Of a stretch of DNA of 64,000 bases, positions 45,483 to 55,236 are shown one piece after another; within the stretch, counting starts at the first letter, position 1, and every line of letters begins with the position of its first letter. The notes below the pieces were generated by a model, which was not told the DNA's origin, did no database searches, and saw nothing but the letters and a program-made list of their open reading frames with translations. The translations under genes and the position numbers were made by a program. The DNA comes from Candidatus Nanohalarchaeota archaeon (GTDB lineage: Archaea; Nanohalarchaeota; Nanosalinia; Nanosalinales; Nanosalinaceae), in NCBI GenBank assembly GCA_022729235.1, contig JALDAJ010000001.1:608001-672000 (forward strand), written 5' to 3'.

Positions 45483-48449
45483 ATGAGCCAGAAAACCCGT
45501 TTTCTGCACAAGATACTGGTTGTTTCCCTGTTCTCTATAGCACTCATGTCATTCTCCGCGGCGGATTCTCCGGATCACGAAATCGATATCACATATTCCG
45601 GAGACGACAGCGAGATTTGGCTGCAGGCAGACAGCTCAAGTGAGACGACTCTGCAAGCACGCCTGGTATGTGAAGAAGACTATGAAGTGGATAGTATATG
45701 GATAGAAGAGATAGGTTACGGTGAGGTAGAGGGAAGTGAGGTGACTGATAGTGATACTATATCATACACTTTCGAGCGTGGTGAAGATGAGCCGGGTGAT
45801 TACCAGGTTGAAGGAGTATGTGATGACAGTGGTACTACTGAGGCTGCAGAGCCTACCTCTTTCCAGGTCATAGAGATGGCTCCTGAGATTGTGAGACCTG
45901 GAGCTACTACTCCGGGTTACAGAGGATACTTCATGGGCGATGATAGTGAGGGAGAGATTTACAAGGGAACTCCTGTTGTTATAGATCTGAACGTTGAAGG
46001 ACTGGATAGGGACTTTGAAAGATCGGAAGTCGATATCGGGGCATGGTTCTCAGGTTATAGCGATGAGTTAAGTACGAACTACGAGATCAGCGAGGATAAC
46101 GAGGTTCTCACCGTCCATCCTTTCGTACCGAATGATATAGAAGGAGATAAGCACGATATAACTGTTGACTTCAGGTTTAACTCTGCAAGAGATGATACAA
46201 CCTTCGCTGTCAGCTCCGAAACTCACGGTCAACCATTATACATAACTTCGGTAAGAGTAGAGGAGCAGAAACCTGGTCGAAACATCCTCTTGAATGAGAT
46301 AGGTGATATCGAGCTTGATCTCTACGTTGAGGAAAACTACAGGAACTTTGGTATATCTGCGGACGATTTCCGGCTGAATGAGGAGACCGGTCTTTTCCGG
46401 CTTGAACCTAGAGATGGTTCTGGAGAATATACGTTAGAACTTGACACGGTCCCCGAGATAGATGAAGACGATGATTTCGAGGCAGTGATAGATTTCAAGG
46501 ATGTCCTGTACGGTTCGAACTATGTTGAGGTAGCGGAGTTTAACGTGGAGAACAAGGTCTGGTTTGAGGGCCACCTGCGGAATGTCGCCGACCATCCTAT
46601 CCAGGGCGAGTTTGTGGCATATAAGGATGGTGAGAGGATTACCTTTGACACGGATGAAGGATACTATTCCAGGATGTTTGAGCCGGGTGAATACGATTTC
46701 AGAACTGACTTTTTCGAAAACAATGTACTAAGAGGTGGCGTATACCTACAGGACGTTGAGCTCAGTGAGGAGTTCGATACGAGCGTCAGGTTCAATTATT
46801 ATGAGAACCCGGACGGACTTGGTACTGAGGGATTCGAACCGATTAACATGATGTCTGTCATCTTCGGTCATCCGTTCGATGGCGATGGAAGCGATGCTTG
46901 GATAAGATTCGACCCTCACGGAGTTGAGGTCAGTGATGTCAGTGTCTACGAATGCAGGAACTGGAACTTCTTCTCACAGGAATGCATGGGACAGTGGAGC
47001 CAGATACCGGACTCGGAAGTTTCACCTGATCCTGTGAACTACGAGATGCGGTTCCCCGTCGAACCTCTTGAAACACGGTACTTTGAAACGGACAGGAAGA
47101 TTTTGATGAGTGCTTACGCAGCTGGTACGCCTGCAGGACTGGAGCTTGATTCACCACTCGAGATCTCTGGAGTCAGTGATGGGATGGCTCCTGTAGGTGA
47201 GGAGCTGGAGTTCTCCGGCGGTATAGTATCTTCTGAAGGAAACTCTGTGAGAGGCGCTAATGTTACTGTTAAGCTTATGGATGGTCAGGAAGAGGTGGTG
47301 TCCGGAGAAGATGTCTCACGGACTGACGGGAGTTTCTCGATAGAGATGGATGCACCAGCTGAGCAGGATATATATACGATAATGATAGAAGCGGAAGATG
47401 GTTCCCACGAACCCTACTTCGCGGAGAGTGACAGGATGCTGGAGACGTTTGTGATGGAAGGCTTGGAGCTTTCCGCGGTTGCGGACGGAACCCGGGATAT
47501 AACGGCTGGTGAGACATCAACGCTTGAGTTCCAGCTGGAGAACACGGGGCAGACAGAGCTGAATGGTGTCGGTCTGGATGTCTCTTCTGACAGTTCTGAT
47601 TTCACGGAGTACGTGGAGCTTGAGCAGGAAAGTATCGATGCTCTTGAATCAGGGGAGATAGTCACGGTAAATGTTAACGTCGATATACCTGCTGACTACT
47701 TCGAGGATACGCCTGCAGAGTACCCGACGATAGAGGTCGAGGCGTGGGCTGAAGGACAGGAAGGAGAACCTGTTAACGCGGAGTCATCCCTGATGACTGC
47801 GGTAAGCGCTTCTACAGGAGAGACAGGTGAAAATGATACTGGAACTGAAGAAACCACGACGCCGGACGACGGCTTCGAGTTCGATGGTACGATGACTATC
47901 TCGCCCTCGGAGATGAGGGAGGTTACAGGCGCGTTCATCGCAAGCCAGAGCGCGCTGAATATCGCGCTTGGACTGATATTCGTGTTTATGATGGTGCTCG
48001 CCGGCGCCCTAAAGAAGAAGGACGGGGGTGGCAGAGATGTCCGCAGGGACGTTGTGCCTGGTAACTCGCACGGGCGGACAGGTGTACGTCCTCCGAAGGT
48101 ATCCCCGGCTGAAGAGGAGGAGCAAAAAGAGGAAGAAACGGATGGCGTGAGTGCTGGAGAAGATGATGAAGAAGAGGAGATAGAGGAAAGTGTTGATGAG
48201 ACAGAAGATACCAGTGAAGAGGTCAACAGGTTTGCGGATGCGATGGATGACGAAGAACAGGTGGGAGAGGATAGCAGTGAAGAGGAGGAAGATAAAGAAG
48301 AGAAGGAAAGAAGTGACGTTGAAGAACAGGAAGGCAAGGATGAATCAGTTGATGAGGATAAAGATGTTTCCGGGGCGAAATGTGATATCTGCGGTGAAGA
48401 GTTCGATACCGAGGCAGGCGTGAAGCTCCACAAAGAGACTGCTCACTGA
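45483..48449 (+). CDS. Large surface protein with TM, acidic cytoplasmic tail and terminal C2H2 zinc finger
   Basis: Signal peptide, Ig-like domains, TM, CDICGEEF...HKETAH. Confidence 0.75.
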   Translation: MSQKTRFLHKILVVSLFSIALMSFSAADSPDHEIDITYSGDDSEIWLQADSSSETTLQARLVCEEDYEVDSIWIEEIGYGEVEGSEVTDSDTISYTFERGEDEPGDYQVEGVCDDSGTTEAAEPTSFQVIEMAPEIVRPGATTPGYRGYFMGDDSEGEIYKGTPVVIDLNVEGLDRDFERSEVDIGAWFSGYSDELSTNYEISEDNEVLTVHPFVPNDIEGDKHDITVDFRFNSARDDTTFAVSSETHGQPLYITSVRVEEQKPGRNILLNEIGDIELDLYVEENYRNFGISADDFRLNEETGLFRLEPRDGSGEYTLELDTVPEIDEDDDFEAVIDFKDVLYGSNYVEVAEFNVENKVWFEGHLRNVADHPIQGEFVAYKDGERITFDTDEGYYSRMFEPGEYDFRTDFFENNVLRGGVYLQDVELSEEFDTSVRFNYYENPDGLGTEGFEPINMMSVIFGHPFDGDGSDAWIRFDPHGVEVSDVSVYECRNWNFFSQECMGQWSQIPDSEVSPDPVNYEMRFPVEPLETRYFETDRKILMSAYAAGTPAGLELDSPLEISGVSDGMAPVGEELEFSGGIVSSEGNSVRGANVTVKLMDGQEEVVSGEDVSRTDGSFSIEMDAPAEQDIYTIMIEAEDGSHEPYFAESDRMLETFVMEGLELSAVADGTRDITAGETSTLEFQLENTGQTELNGVGLDVSSDSSDFTEYVELEQESIDALESGEIVTVNVNVDIPADYFEDTPAEYPTIEVEAWAEGQEGEPVNAESSLMTAVSASTGETGENDTGTEETTTPDDGFEFDGTMTISPSEMREVTGAFIASQSALNIALGLIFVFMMVLAGALKKKDGGGRDVRRDVVPGNSHGRTGVRPPKVSPAEEEEQKEEETDGVSAGEDDEEEEIEESVDETEDTSEEVNRFADAMDDEEQVGEDSSEEEEDKEEKERSDVEEQEGKDESVDEDKDVSGAKCDICGEEFDTEAGVKLHKETAH

Positions 48450-48479
48450 TAGTTCTGGTTAAGAAAAAGTCTAGTAGAG

Positions 48480-49265
48480 TTACCGTGTCACGTTCTGTTT
48501 CAGTTTCTTGAATCCGCGCTTGAGTTTCGCGAACCTGGGTCTTTCGAACCGTTGTCCTTCCAGTCGGTGTGCAAGTTCCTGTATCTCGAGTGATGCCTCG
48601 GAGAGAGGTTCTTTGTTGACAAGAGGTGTGTTTTCGAACAGCGACTTCTTCATCTCGATGTCGTACGGTACCTTTGCCATTATGTGTGACTCGGTCATCA
48701 TCTCTACCTCGCGTTCGATCATCTCCATTTCTGGGTCGTTCTTAGCCATGTTGATTACTGTTCCGAGGATGGGTATACGCATATCTTTCGCCTTCTCTAT
48801 TATCTGGGCTGCGTTGATGCCTGAGGTCTGGGTGGGCATCGTCACTATCATAAGTTCGTCGCACGCGTGCATTATGTTCTCCACGGTTGAGTCCAGTCCA
48901 GGTGGGCAGTCAACGATTACGTAATCCGATACTTCGCGCGCGTGTTCCACCGCGTCCCTGATATCTGAAGGATCGGGTTCTACCATGTCGATTTCGTTGG
49001 AGGCGACCATCGCCTTTACCCCGGTTGGATGTCTGAAGATCGCGGATGACGGGTGGTCGTTTCCTTCTAGAATGTGCTGTATCTTTACAGGGTGATCGTA
49101 GCGTCCTAGGTGTACTCCCAGGTTTGACGCGGAGAAATCAGTGTCTATTACGGTTACCTCTCTTCCGAGTTCGCTCAGGGAGATACCGAGGTTTACGGAG
49201 AGGCTGGTCTTTCCTACGCCTCCCTTTCCCGATATCATACCTATGACTCGTCCGCCGCTCATCAA
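48480..49265 (-). CDS. minD: MinD/ParA family ATPase
   Basis: SGKGGVGKT, DTDFSASNL, DCPPG. Confidence 0.85.
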   Translation of the reverse strand: MMSGGRVIGMISGKGGVGKTSLSVNLGISLSELGREVTVIDTDFSASNLGVHLGRYDHPVKIQHILEGNDHPSSAIFRHPTGVKAMVASNEIDMVEPDPSDIRDAVEHAREVSDYVIVDCPPGLDSTVENIMHACDELMIVTMPTQTSGINAAQIIEKAKDMRIPILGTVINMAKNDPEMEMIEREVEMMTESHIMAKVPYDIEMKKSLFENTPLVNKEPLSEASLEIQELAHRLEGQRFERPRFAKLKRGFKKLKQNVTR

Positions 49266-49339
49266 TAACGGAGAATTTGGCTGTTATGTTAATAAACTTG
49301 ATGAAAGAAGCGCGTGTGTTACGGGCAGGTTTTCCGGTT

Positions 49340-51853
49340 TTACTTCTTAAGCCTGTAGCTCATCGACCCGTTTTTGTTCTCCGCCTTGACTTTGTTCTCC
49401 TTTGCGAGCCAGCCTAATGCCTGGTGCAGAGTATGGTTGTCGATAGTTCCTGGTGTGTGGTCAAGAAGTTTCTGCGCTGTCGCATGACTGTGCTCCTCCA
49501 GGACCTGGTATACCTTTCCTGCGGGCTCGCCTATCATGGATTCGATGCTGAACTCCATGCTTCCGCCGCTGTCTTTACCTTCCTCTGCTTCCGCGACTTT
49601 TACGAGAGTCTCCAGCGCGACGTCGGGTGAGACAGAGATAGCGTCTATACCTGCGTCGACCAGGAGGTCCGCGTAGCCTTCGTGAGTGGAAGGTGCGTCT
49701 CCGCAGATGCCTACGTGGCAGTCCTTGGCGTGCGCCTGGTTCACGAGTTTTCTTATCGACTCCTTTACTGCAGGGTCTCTCTCGTCGAACAGCTCCTTGA
49801 GCCTATCGCTGTTCCGGTCGACTCCTAGAGTTAACTGTGTGAGGTCGTTGGTTCCGATTGAGAAGCCGTCGAATACCTCTGCGAACTCTTTTGCTCTTAT
49901 TATGTTGGCAGGTATCTCAGCCATCACGTAGATGTCTATGTCTCCCTCGTCGAGCCCGTATTCCTTCATCTTCGCCCGGACATTCTTTCCTTCTTCCACT
50001 GTACGGCAGAACGGTACCATGATGGTAAGGTTGTCAAGTTCCAGCTCGTCGATGCAACGCCTCAGTGCCTTGCATTCAAGTTCGAACGCCTTGGAGAACT
50101 GGTCGTCGTAGTATCTTGAGGCGCCTCTCCACCCGAGCATAGGGTTAGCCTCGTCGGGTTCGTAGTCCTCGCCACCTCTCAGCTGTGCGTACTCGTCCGA
50201 CTTGAAGTCTGAAAGGCGTACAACGACCTGGTCAGGGTAGAAAGCAGCCCCGATCTTCCCGATACCGCTTCTCAGCGCTTCCACGTACTCGTCCTCTCTG
50301 TCTTCTTCTATCAGTTTCAGTGGGTGTGCGCCAACGTGTGAGGAGATTATGAACTCTTCTCTCGCGAGTCCAACACCTTCTACAGGTAGTTGCGCGACCT
50401 TGAACGCCTCGCTAGGCTCCCCTACGTTTACCTGTACCTCTGTATCTGTCTCGGGTATCTCATCGAGGTGGTGTTCTTCAACTTCGAACTCGAGTTCTCC
50501 TTTCCATATCTTTCCTGTCGAGGCTGAGCCGTCAACGGTCACTTCTTGACCGTCTTTCAGCTGTGATGTCGCGTTCTCCGTCCCGATAACGGCAGGAACA
50601 CCGAGTTCTCGTGAGACGATAGCGGCGTGACTGGTTCTCCCGCCTTTATTTGTTATTATGGCGCCTGCCTTCTTCATGATAGGTTCCCAGTCAGGGTCGG
50701 TCATGTCGGTTACCAGTACCTCGCCTTCTTCGAACTGGTCTATCTGTTTCGGTGACTCCAGCACGTGTGCTTTTCCGGTACCGATCTTCGAGCCGATAGC
50801 GCTCCCTTCTAGGAGGACCTCGGATTTCTCCGCCATCTTGTATTCTTCTATTACATTTTCGTCCTTCTCGCTCTGCACTGTCTCCGGTCTGGCTTGAACG
50901 ATGTACATCTCCTTGGTCTGACCGTCGAGCACCCACTCGATATCCATCGGCTTTTCATAGTGGTCCTCTATTTTTTCGCCGTACTTCGCGAGTTCTTTCA
51001 CCTGGTTTTCCGTGATGCAGAACTTGTCCCGTTCGTCCTGAGGTACTTTTACAGTTTCGACTTCTTTGTCAGGGTCGTCGCTCCTGATCTCCTTTATCTC
51101 TTTCTCGCCGAGTTTCTTTTCGATTATCCCGAAGTTACGCTTGTATACAGTGAACTCGTCCGGGTTGACCTCGCCCGCGACGACCATGTCTCCCAGACCG
51201 TACGAGCCGTTGATGGTTATAACATCCTCAAAACCTGAGTCAGGGTCGATGGTGAACATGACGCCCGCGGCGCCTATGTCGGATCGACCCATCTTCTGGA
51301 CCACCGCGGAGAGTTTCACGTCGAAGTGTGAGAAATCTTTGTCCTCCCTGTAGGAGATGGCGCGGTTGGTGAAGAGTGATGCGAAGCAGTCCTTGATACG
51401 TTTTATCAGATCCTGTTTCCCGGAAACGCTGAGGTACGTGTCCTGCTGACCTGCGAATGATGCGCCGGGAAGGTCTTCTGCGGTCGCCGATGAGCGTACC
51501 GCGACCTCTGGTTCGTCAACGCCCAGTTTTTCTGCGAGCTCTTCATAGGCTTCTATAAAGTCGTTGCGGAGGTCTTCAGGTATATCTGCCTCTTTGATAT
51601 GCGCTCTTATCTGTTCTCCCCGTCTCTGTAAGTCATTCACGTCGTCCGTATCTAGTCCATCGAGCAGGGTCTCTATCTTGTCTCTAAGGTCTGTCTCCTC
51701 TATAAAATGGTCGTATGCGTCTGCAGTAGTCGCGAAACCGGGTAGGACAGGTACGTCGATTTCATTCTGTAGTTCTCCCAGGTTTGCGCTTTTGCCACCT
51801 ACTCTGTCAGTATCGTTGGAATCTATATCGTTGAACCAGAGGAAGTTTGTCAT
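49340..51853 (-). CDS. ppsA: Phosphoenolpyruvate synthase with a C-terminal winged-helix extension
   Basis: VGGKSANLGEL, VRSSATAED, GGRTSHAAIVSRE, NPMLGWRG, SIGTNDL, ICG. Confidence 0.95.
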   Translation of the reverse strand: MTNFLWFNDIDSNDTDRVGGKSANLGELQNEIDVPVLPGFATTADAYDHFIEETDLRDKIETLLDGLDTDDVNDLQRRGEQIRAHIKEADIPEDLRNDFIEAYEELAEKLGVDEPEVAVRSSATAEDLPGASFAGQQDTYLSVSGKQDLIKRIKDCFASLFTNRAISYREDKDFSHFDVKLSAVVQKMGRSDIGAAGVMFTIDPDSGFEDVITINGSYGLGDMVVAGEVNPDEFTVYKRNFGIIEKKLGEKEIKEIRSDDPDKEVETVKVPQDERDKFCITENQVKELAKYGEKIEDHYEKPMDIEWVLDGQTKEMYIVQARPETVQSEKDENVIEEYKMAEKSEVLLEGSAIGSKIGTGKAHVLESPKQIDQFEEGEVLVTDMTDPDWEPIMKKAGAIITNKGGRTSHAAIVSRELGVPAVIGTENATSQLKDGQEVTVDGSASTGKIWKGELEFEVEEHHLDEIPETDTEVQVNVGEPSEAFKVAQLPVEGVGLAREEFIISSHVGAHPLKLIEEDREDEYVEALRSGIGKIGAAFYPDQVVVRLSDFKSDEYAQLRGGEDYEPDEANPMLGWRGASRYYDDQFSKAFELECKALRRCIDELELDNLTIMVPFCRTVEEGKNVRAKMKEYGLDEGDIDIYVMAEIPANIIRAKEFAEVFDGFSIGTNDLTQLTLGVDRNSDRLKELFDERDPAVKESIRKLVNQAHAKDCHVGICGDAPSTHEGYADLLVDAGIDAISVSPDVALETLVKVAEAEEGKDSGGSMEFSIESMIGEPAGKVYQVLEEHSHATAQKLLDHTPGTIDNHTLHQALGWLAKENKVKAENKNGSMSYRLKK

Positions 51854-51961
51854 TGCCAAAGGATTGGCAACCTCTGCATTTAAAAAGAGCGTTGTGAGTG
51901 GTAGGTGGAAATAGGTTTTCCAGTGGAAGAGGATTTTAACGAGCGTCCAGAATTTTTGGTT

Positions 51962-52381
51962 GTGACGAGGAAAGGTCAGGCGGCGATAGAGTACCTTGCG
52001 GTTTTCGGGATAGCTCTTGCGCTATCCGCGCCGTTCATAATCCAGGCACAGGAGACGATGGTGGAGCTGAAGACAGGTTCCGAGGCGATGCAGCTCCATA
52101 ACTCTCTTGAAAAGCTGGAGACGTCGGTGAAAGTGGTTTCCGCCTCCGGAGAGCCCGCAAGGAGGACTTTTGAGATGGAGGTGCCTTCCAACGTGGTGTC
52201 TGCGGAGATACAGGGTACAGGAGTGGTTTACAGAGTGGACAGCCCCTCTGGGGAGTCTGATATAATCGTTGATACCGGGACCGAGTTCCACGAGGACAGT
52301 GAGGTGCCTGAGAGCCAGGGAAGCCATACTATGAGGGCTTACATGGACGGTGATGAGGCGGTGCTCGAGGTGGTATCCTAG
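51962..52381 (+). CDS. Type IV pilin-like protein (class III signal)
   Basis: RKG|QAAIEYL followed by a hydrophobic helix. Confidence 0.85.
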   Translation: MTRKGQAAIEYLAVFGIALALSAPFIIQAQETMVELKTGSEAMQLHNSLEKLETSVKVVSASGEPARRTFEMEVPSNVVSAEIQGTGVVYRVDSPSGESDIIVDTGTEFHEDSEVPESQGSHTMRAYMDGDEAVLEVVS

Positions 52382-52782
52382 TGATTAAGGGTCAGAGTTC
52401 GCTGGAGTTCCTGAGTTATGTTGCGATTTCCGGGCTTATACTGGCTATCTTGCATGGTGTGATGGTGGACCGGCAGGGAGATGCTGCCCAGTACCAGGTG
52501 GAAAGGAATGCTGATCAGGTGCTTGAGAAAGTTTCCTTTGAAGTGGAAATGGCTCTCGTGCAGGGAGAAGGATATTCCCGTGTATTCACACTGCCGGACA
52601 GTATAGCTGGTCATGACTACGAGGTCAGGCTAGCCGACGGGATGGCTGTACTTGAGTATGGGGGGGAAACAGTGCGGGGTTCGAGCCGTTACAGCGGGGA
52701 GGAGATAGGTGTACAGACTGATGATACAAACGTTTTCCGGGTGGTTAATGATGAGGGTGAGATCAGTCTTGAGGAAGGGTAA
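52381..52782 (+). CDS. Type IV pilin-like protein
   Basis: KG|QSSLEFL. Confidence 0.85.
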   Translation: MIKGQSSLEFLSYVAISGLILAILHGVMVDRQGDAAQYQVERNADQVLEKVSFEVEMALVQGEGYSRVFTLPDSIAGHDYEVRLADGMAVLEYGGETVRGSSRYSGEEIGVQTDDTNVFRVVNDEGEISLEEG

Positions 52783-53278
52783 AGGTCAGAGCTTCATGCC
52801 TGATTTCCTGGCGAGCATAGTTATTTTCAGCCTGGTTATCACTATTTTTCTCTCGTCATGGAGCAGTGTGGTTTCTCATCACGGGGAGGCGGAGGTGGAG
52901 TCCCTGTTGATGCAGGCAGACCACACGTCAACTTTCCTGGTTACAACGCCGGGTTACCCGGAGGACTGGGATAGAGATAACGTTGAGATAGTAGGTTTTG
53001 CTGAGGAGGAAAATATACTGGATTTAGAGAAGATACAGGAGTTCGGGGAGATAGACTACGGGGAGCAGAGGCGTTTGATGCGGGCAAGGGATTTTTATCT
53101 TGAGTTCGAGAACAGCTCCTCGGAGGAAAGGGAGATCCTGGAGATTAACGGCGAAGAACTCTTTTACGGCGAAGACTTTGACGACCCTGATTTTGTTTAT
53201 CCTGTGAAGAGAACTGTTAAAATCGATGATTCCGGTGACCTGTACGAGGCGGAGATGAACTACGTGATTTACCGATGA
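52769..53278 (+). CDS. Type IV pilin-like protein
   Basis: KG|QSFMPDFL, TPGYPEDW. Start uncertain (TTG 52769 follows a GGTGA SD). Confidence 0.8.
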   Translation: MRKGKGQSFMPDFLASIVIFSLVITIFLSSWSSVVSHHGEAEVESLLMQADHTSTFLVTTPGYPEDWDRDNVEIVGFAEEENILDLEKIQEFGEIDYGEQRRLMRARDFYLEFENSSSEEREILEINGEELFYGEDFDDPDFVYPVKRTVKIDDSGDLYEAEMNYVIYR

Positions 53279-55188
53279 AAAAGGGATTCTACTTTTCATT
53301 TGATGCATTGATGGCGTTGACAGTGCTGAGCATATCTCTTGTCGTTGTGACTCAGTCCGGCAGTATCACGTTTGATGATTACAGGGCAGGGGAGGTTGCT
53401 TACCACCAGTCCTCAACCTCAGGACAGGACGCGATGAGGCTTGCCTCCCGCGAAAGCTTCCAGGTCTACAATGAAAGTTTCCAGCAGGAGCTTGTAGCGG
53501 AAACAGTTATGGAGGAGGAAGACCTCGACAGGACTGTGCTGGACGGAGTCTCCCTTCTCTGGGCAGCGAGAAACATAACACACGCGAGGACCGCTGCTAA
53601 GACATATTTCTCGGACAAACTTGACTCAGAGTTCCGGCTGGAAGTGACTGAAGGAGTTAACGCGACCGAGATATACCAGACGTCGGAAGATCTTGAAGAT
53701 GCGGAGACAGTTTCAAGTTCGACTCGCTTGGTTTCAGGTCACAGTATCGACCGGCCGAGCGAGGGTTTCCAGGCGCGCGCCAGGGCGGTTGAGGCAGTTA
53801 CCAATCAGACCAAGATAGTTGACATCCCGATGATGGGTAGCGGTGGCTACACTAACACGCTAGAGGTTGACAGGGATTTCTATGTGCCTGCGCAGGAAGG
53901 TAAGATCGACGAAGCTGAGATGTATATATCGATGCAGTGGGGGGAGAGCCACTTCAACTCGGCGACCTTGGAAATAAACGGTGAGACTGCGATAGAGGAA
54001 GATGATATGTCAGTGGAGGATGATGATAAGGCTCACTACGGTTTCGGTAAAGTCGATGTGACTGATTACGTGGAGGAAGGCTGGAACCATTTCAATCTCG
54101 TCTTCCCAAACCAGGACTCCCAAAACGATTACCACGCACACATACAGCCGGGGACAAGGATAGAGGTGGTCTACACCCAGGATACCGAAAAGGTCAAGTC
54201 GCGTGACTGGGAATACCTTACAGATGTTCGGGGGGAGGCAACTAATGTTAATCATAAAGGAGGAGTGTGGTACAACTATCCGCTACAGGTTCCCGGGGAT
54301 GGGGATGTAGGAGAGGCGGTACTTGAACTTGATATAAGGAATCTTCAGGACCAGAGCGACGATGATCTGCAGGTCTTCGTGAATGATGAGCAGATCGTTG
54401 AAAAATCAGCTGAAGAGGTAGATGATGTTGAGGTAATAGAGTTTCAGGATTACCTGGAGCCGAAGACAAATGTTCTATCAATCTACGGGAATGTAGAGCT
54501 TGAAGACGGCAGGATAGAAGACTTCACTCATGAAGGAGATGAAGACCCGAGGATTTACTCTGATCCGATAGAGGAAGAAGGATCTAGAGTAAAAGTTGAC
54601 TTTGAGTCGCCCGGTGAGGAGCTGGAGTTCGGTCTTATAGATATACGTTGGACGGAGGAGATAGGAGGCGAAATAGAGGAACCGATATCCTTCGGGCAGA
54701 ACCCGGCATATTTCAACCAGACATATGATGAAGAGTTCGAGATAATCAACTCGTTCCTGAACGTGGCGCAGCTCAACAGTATCAATGTCACCCACACCGC
54801 GGGTATAGACGAGCATGAAACGATATTCGAATCTCCGCGGACTTACGCCACCCCTTCAAGAATCGAGACCGGAGAGGAACTGGTGGCAGGCGGTGAAACC
54901 ACGGAGTACTGGTTCCAGGATGAATGCTTCGATGGGGAGCAGAGAGACCACTGCGATATTCTTCCGGAGTCAGGTCTGGAGGTCGAGATAGGTTTGCCTT
55001 CACAGGTCGGCTACGGCAGACTGTTCGATAACAGATCTTCGGCAGTTGACGATGCAGAAAGAAGGCTTGAGGAACAGCTCGGGCAGTTCGCAGAGGCGAC
55101 TGACATCGAGGACGACACATTGTCCACCGGGGGACAGCCGTACCTATGGGGTCCTGCAACGGTAAGGCTGGTGATATGGGATGAGTAG
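53275..55188 (+). CDS. Large minor pilin/adhesin-like protein
   Basis: KKG|FYFSFDAL, C-terminal WGPATVRLVIW. Confidence 0.75.
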   Translation: MKKGFYFSFDALMALTVLSISLVVVTQSGSITFDDYRAGEVAYHQSSTSGQDAMRLASRESFQVYNESFQQELVAETVMEEEDLDRTVLDGVSLLWAARNITHARTAAKTYFSDKLDSEFRLEVTEGVNATEIYQTSEDLEDAETVSSSTRLVSGHSIDRPSEGFQARARAVEAVTNQTKIVDIPMMGSGGYTNTLEVDRDFYVPAQEGKIDEAEMYISMQWGESHFNSATLEINGETAIEEDDMSVEDDDKAHYGFGKVDVTDYVEEGWNHFNLVFPNQDSQNDYHAHIQPGTRIEVVYTQDTEKVKSRDWEYLTDVRGEATNVNHKGGVWYNYPLQVPGDGDVGEAVLELDIRNLQDQSDDDLQVFVNDEQIVEKSAEEVDDVEVIEFQDYLEPKTNVLSIYGNVELEDGRIEDFTHEGDEDPRIYSDPIEEEGSRVKVDFESPGEELEFGLIDIRWTEEIGGEIEEPISFGQNPAYFNQTYDEEFEIINSFLNVAQLNSINVTHTAGIDEHETIFESPRTYATPSRIETGEELVAGGETTEYWFQDECFDGEQRDHCDILPESGLEVEIGLPSQVGYGRLFDNRSSAVDDAERRLEEQLGQFAEATDIEDDTLSTGGQPYLWGPATVRLVIWDE

Positions 55189-55236
55189 GTTTGCGCACCA
55201 AAGCTATTTGCAGAAATCACCTGTAGGTGATTTCAA

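Noticed and set aside
51918-51928. ORB-like palindrome TTCCAGTGGAA
   Set aside because: Single copy, no G-string, no cdc6/orc1 or AT-rich unwinding element nearby.
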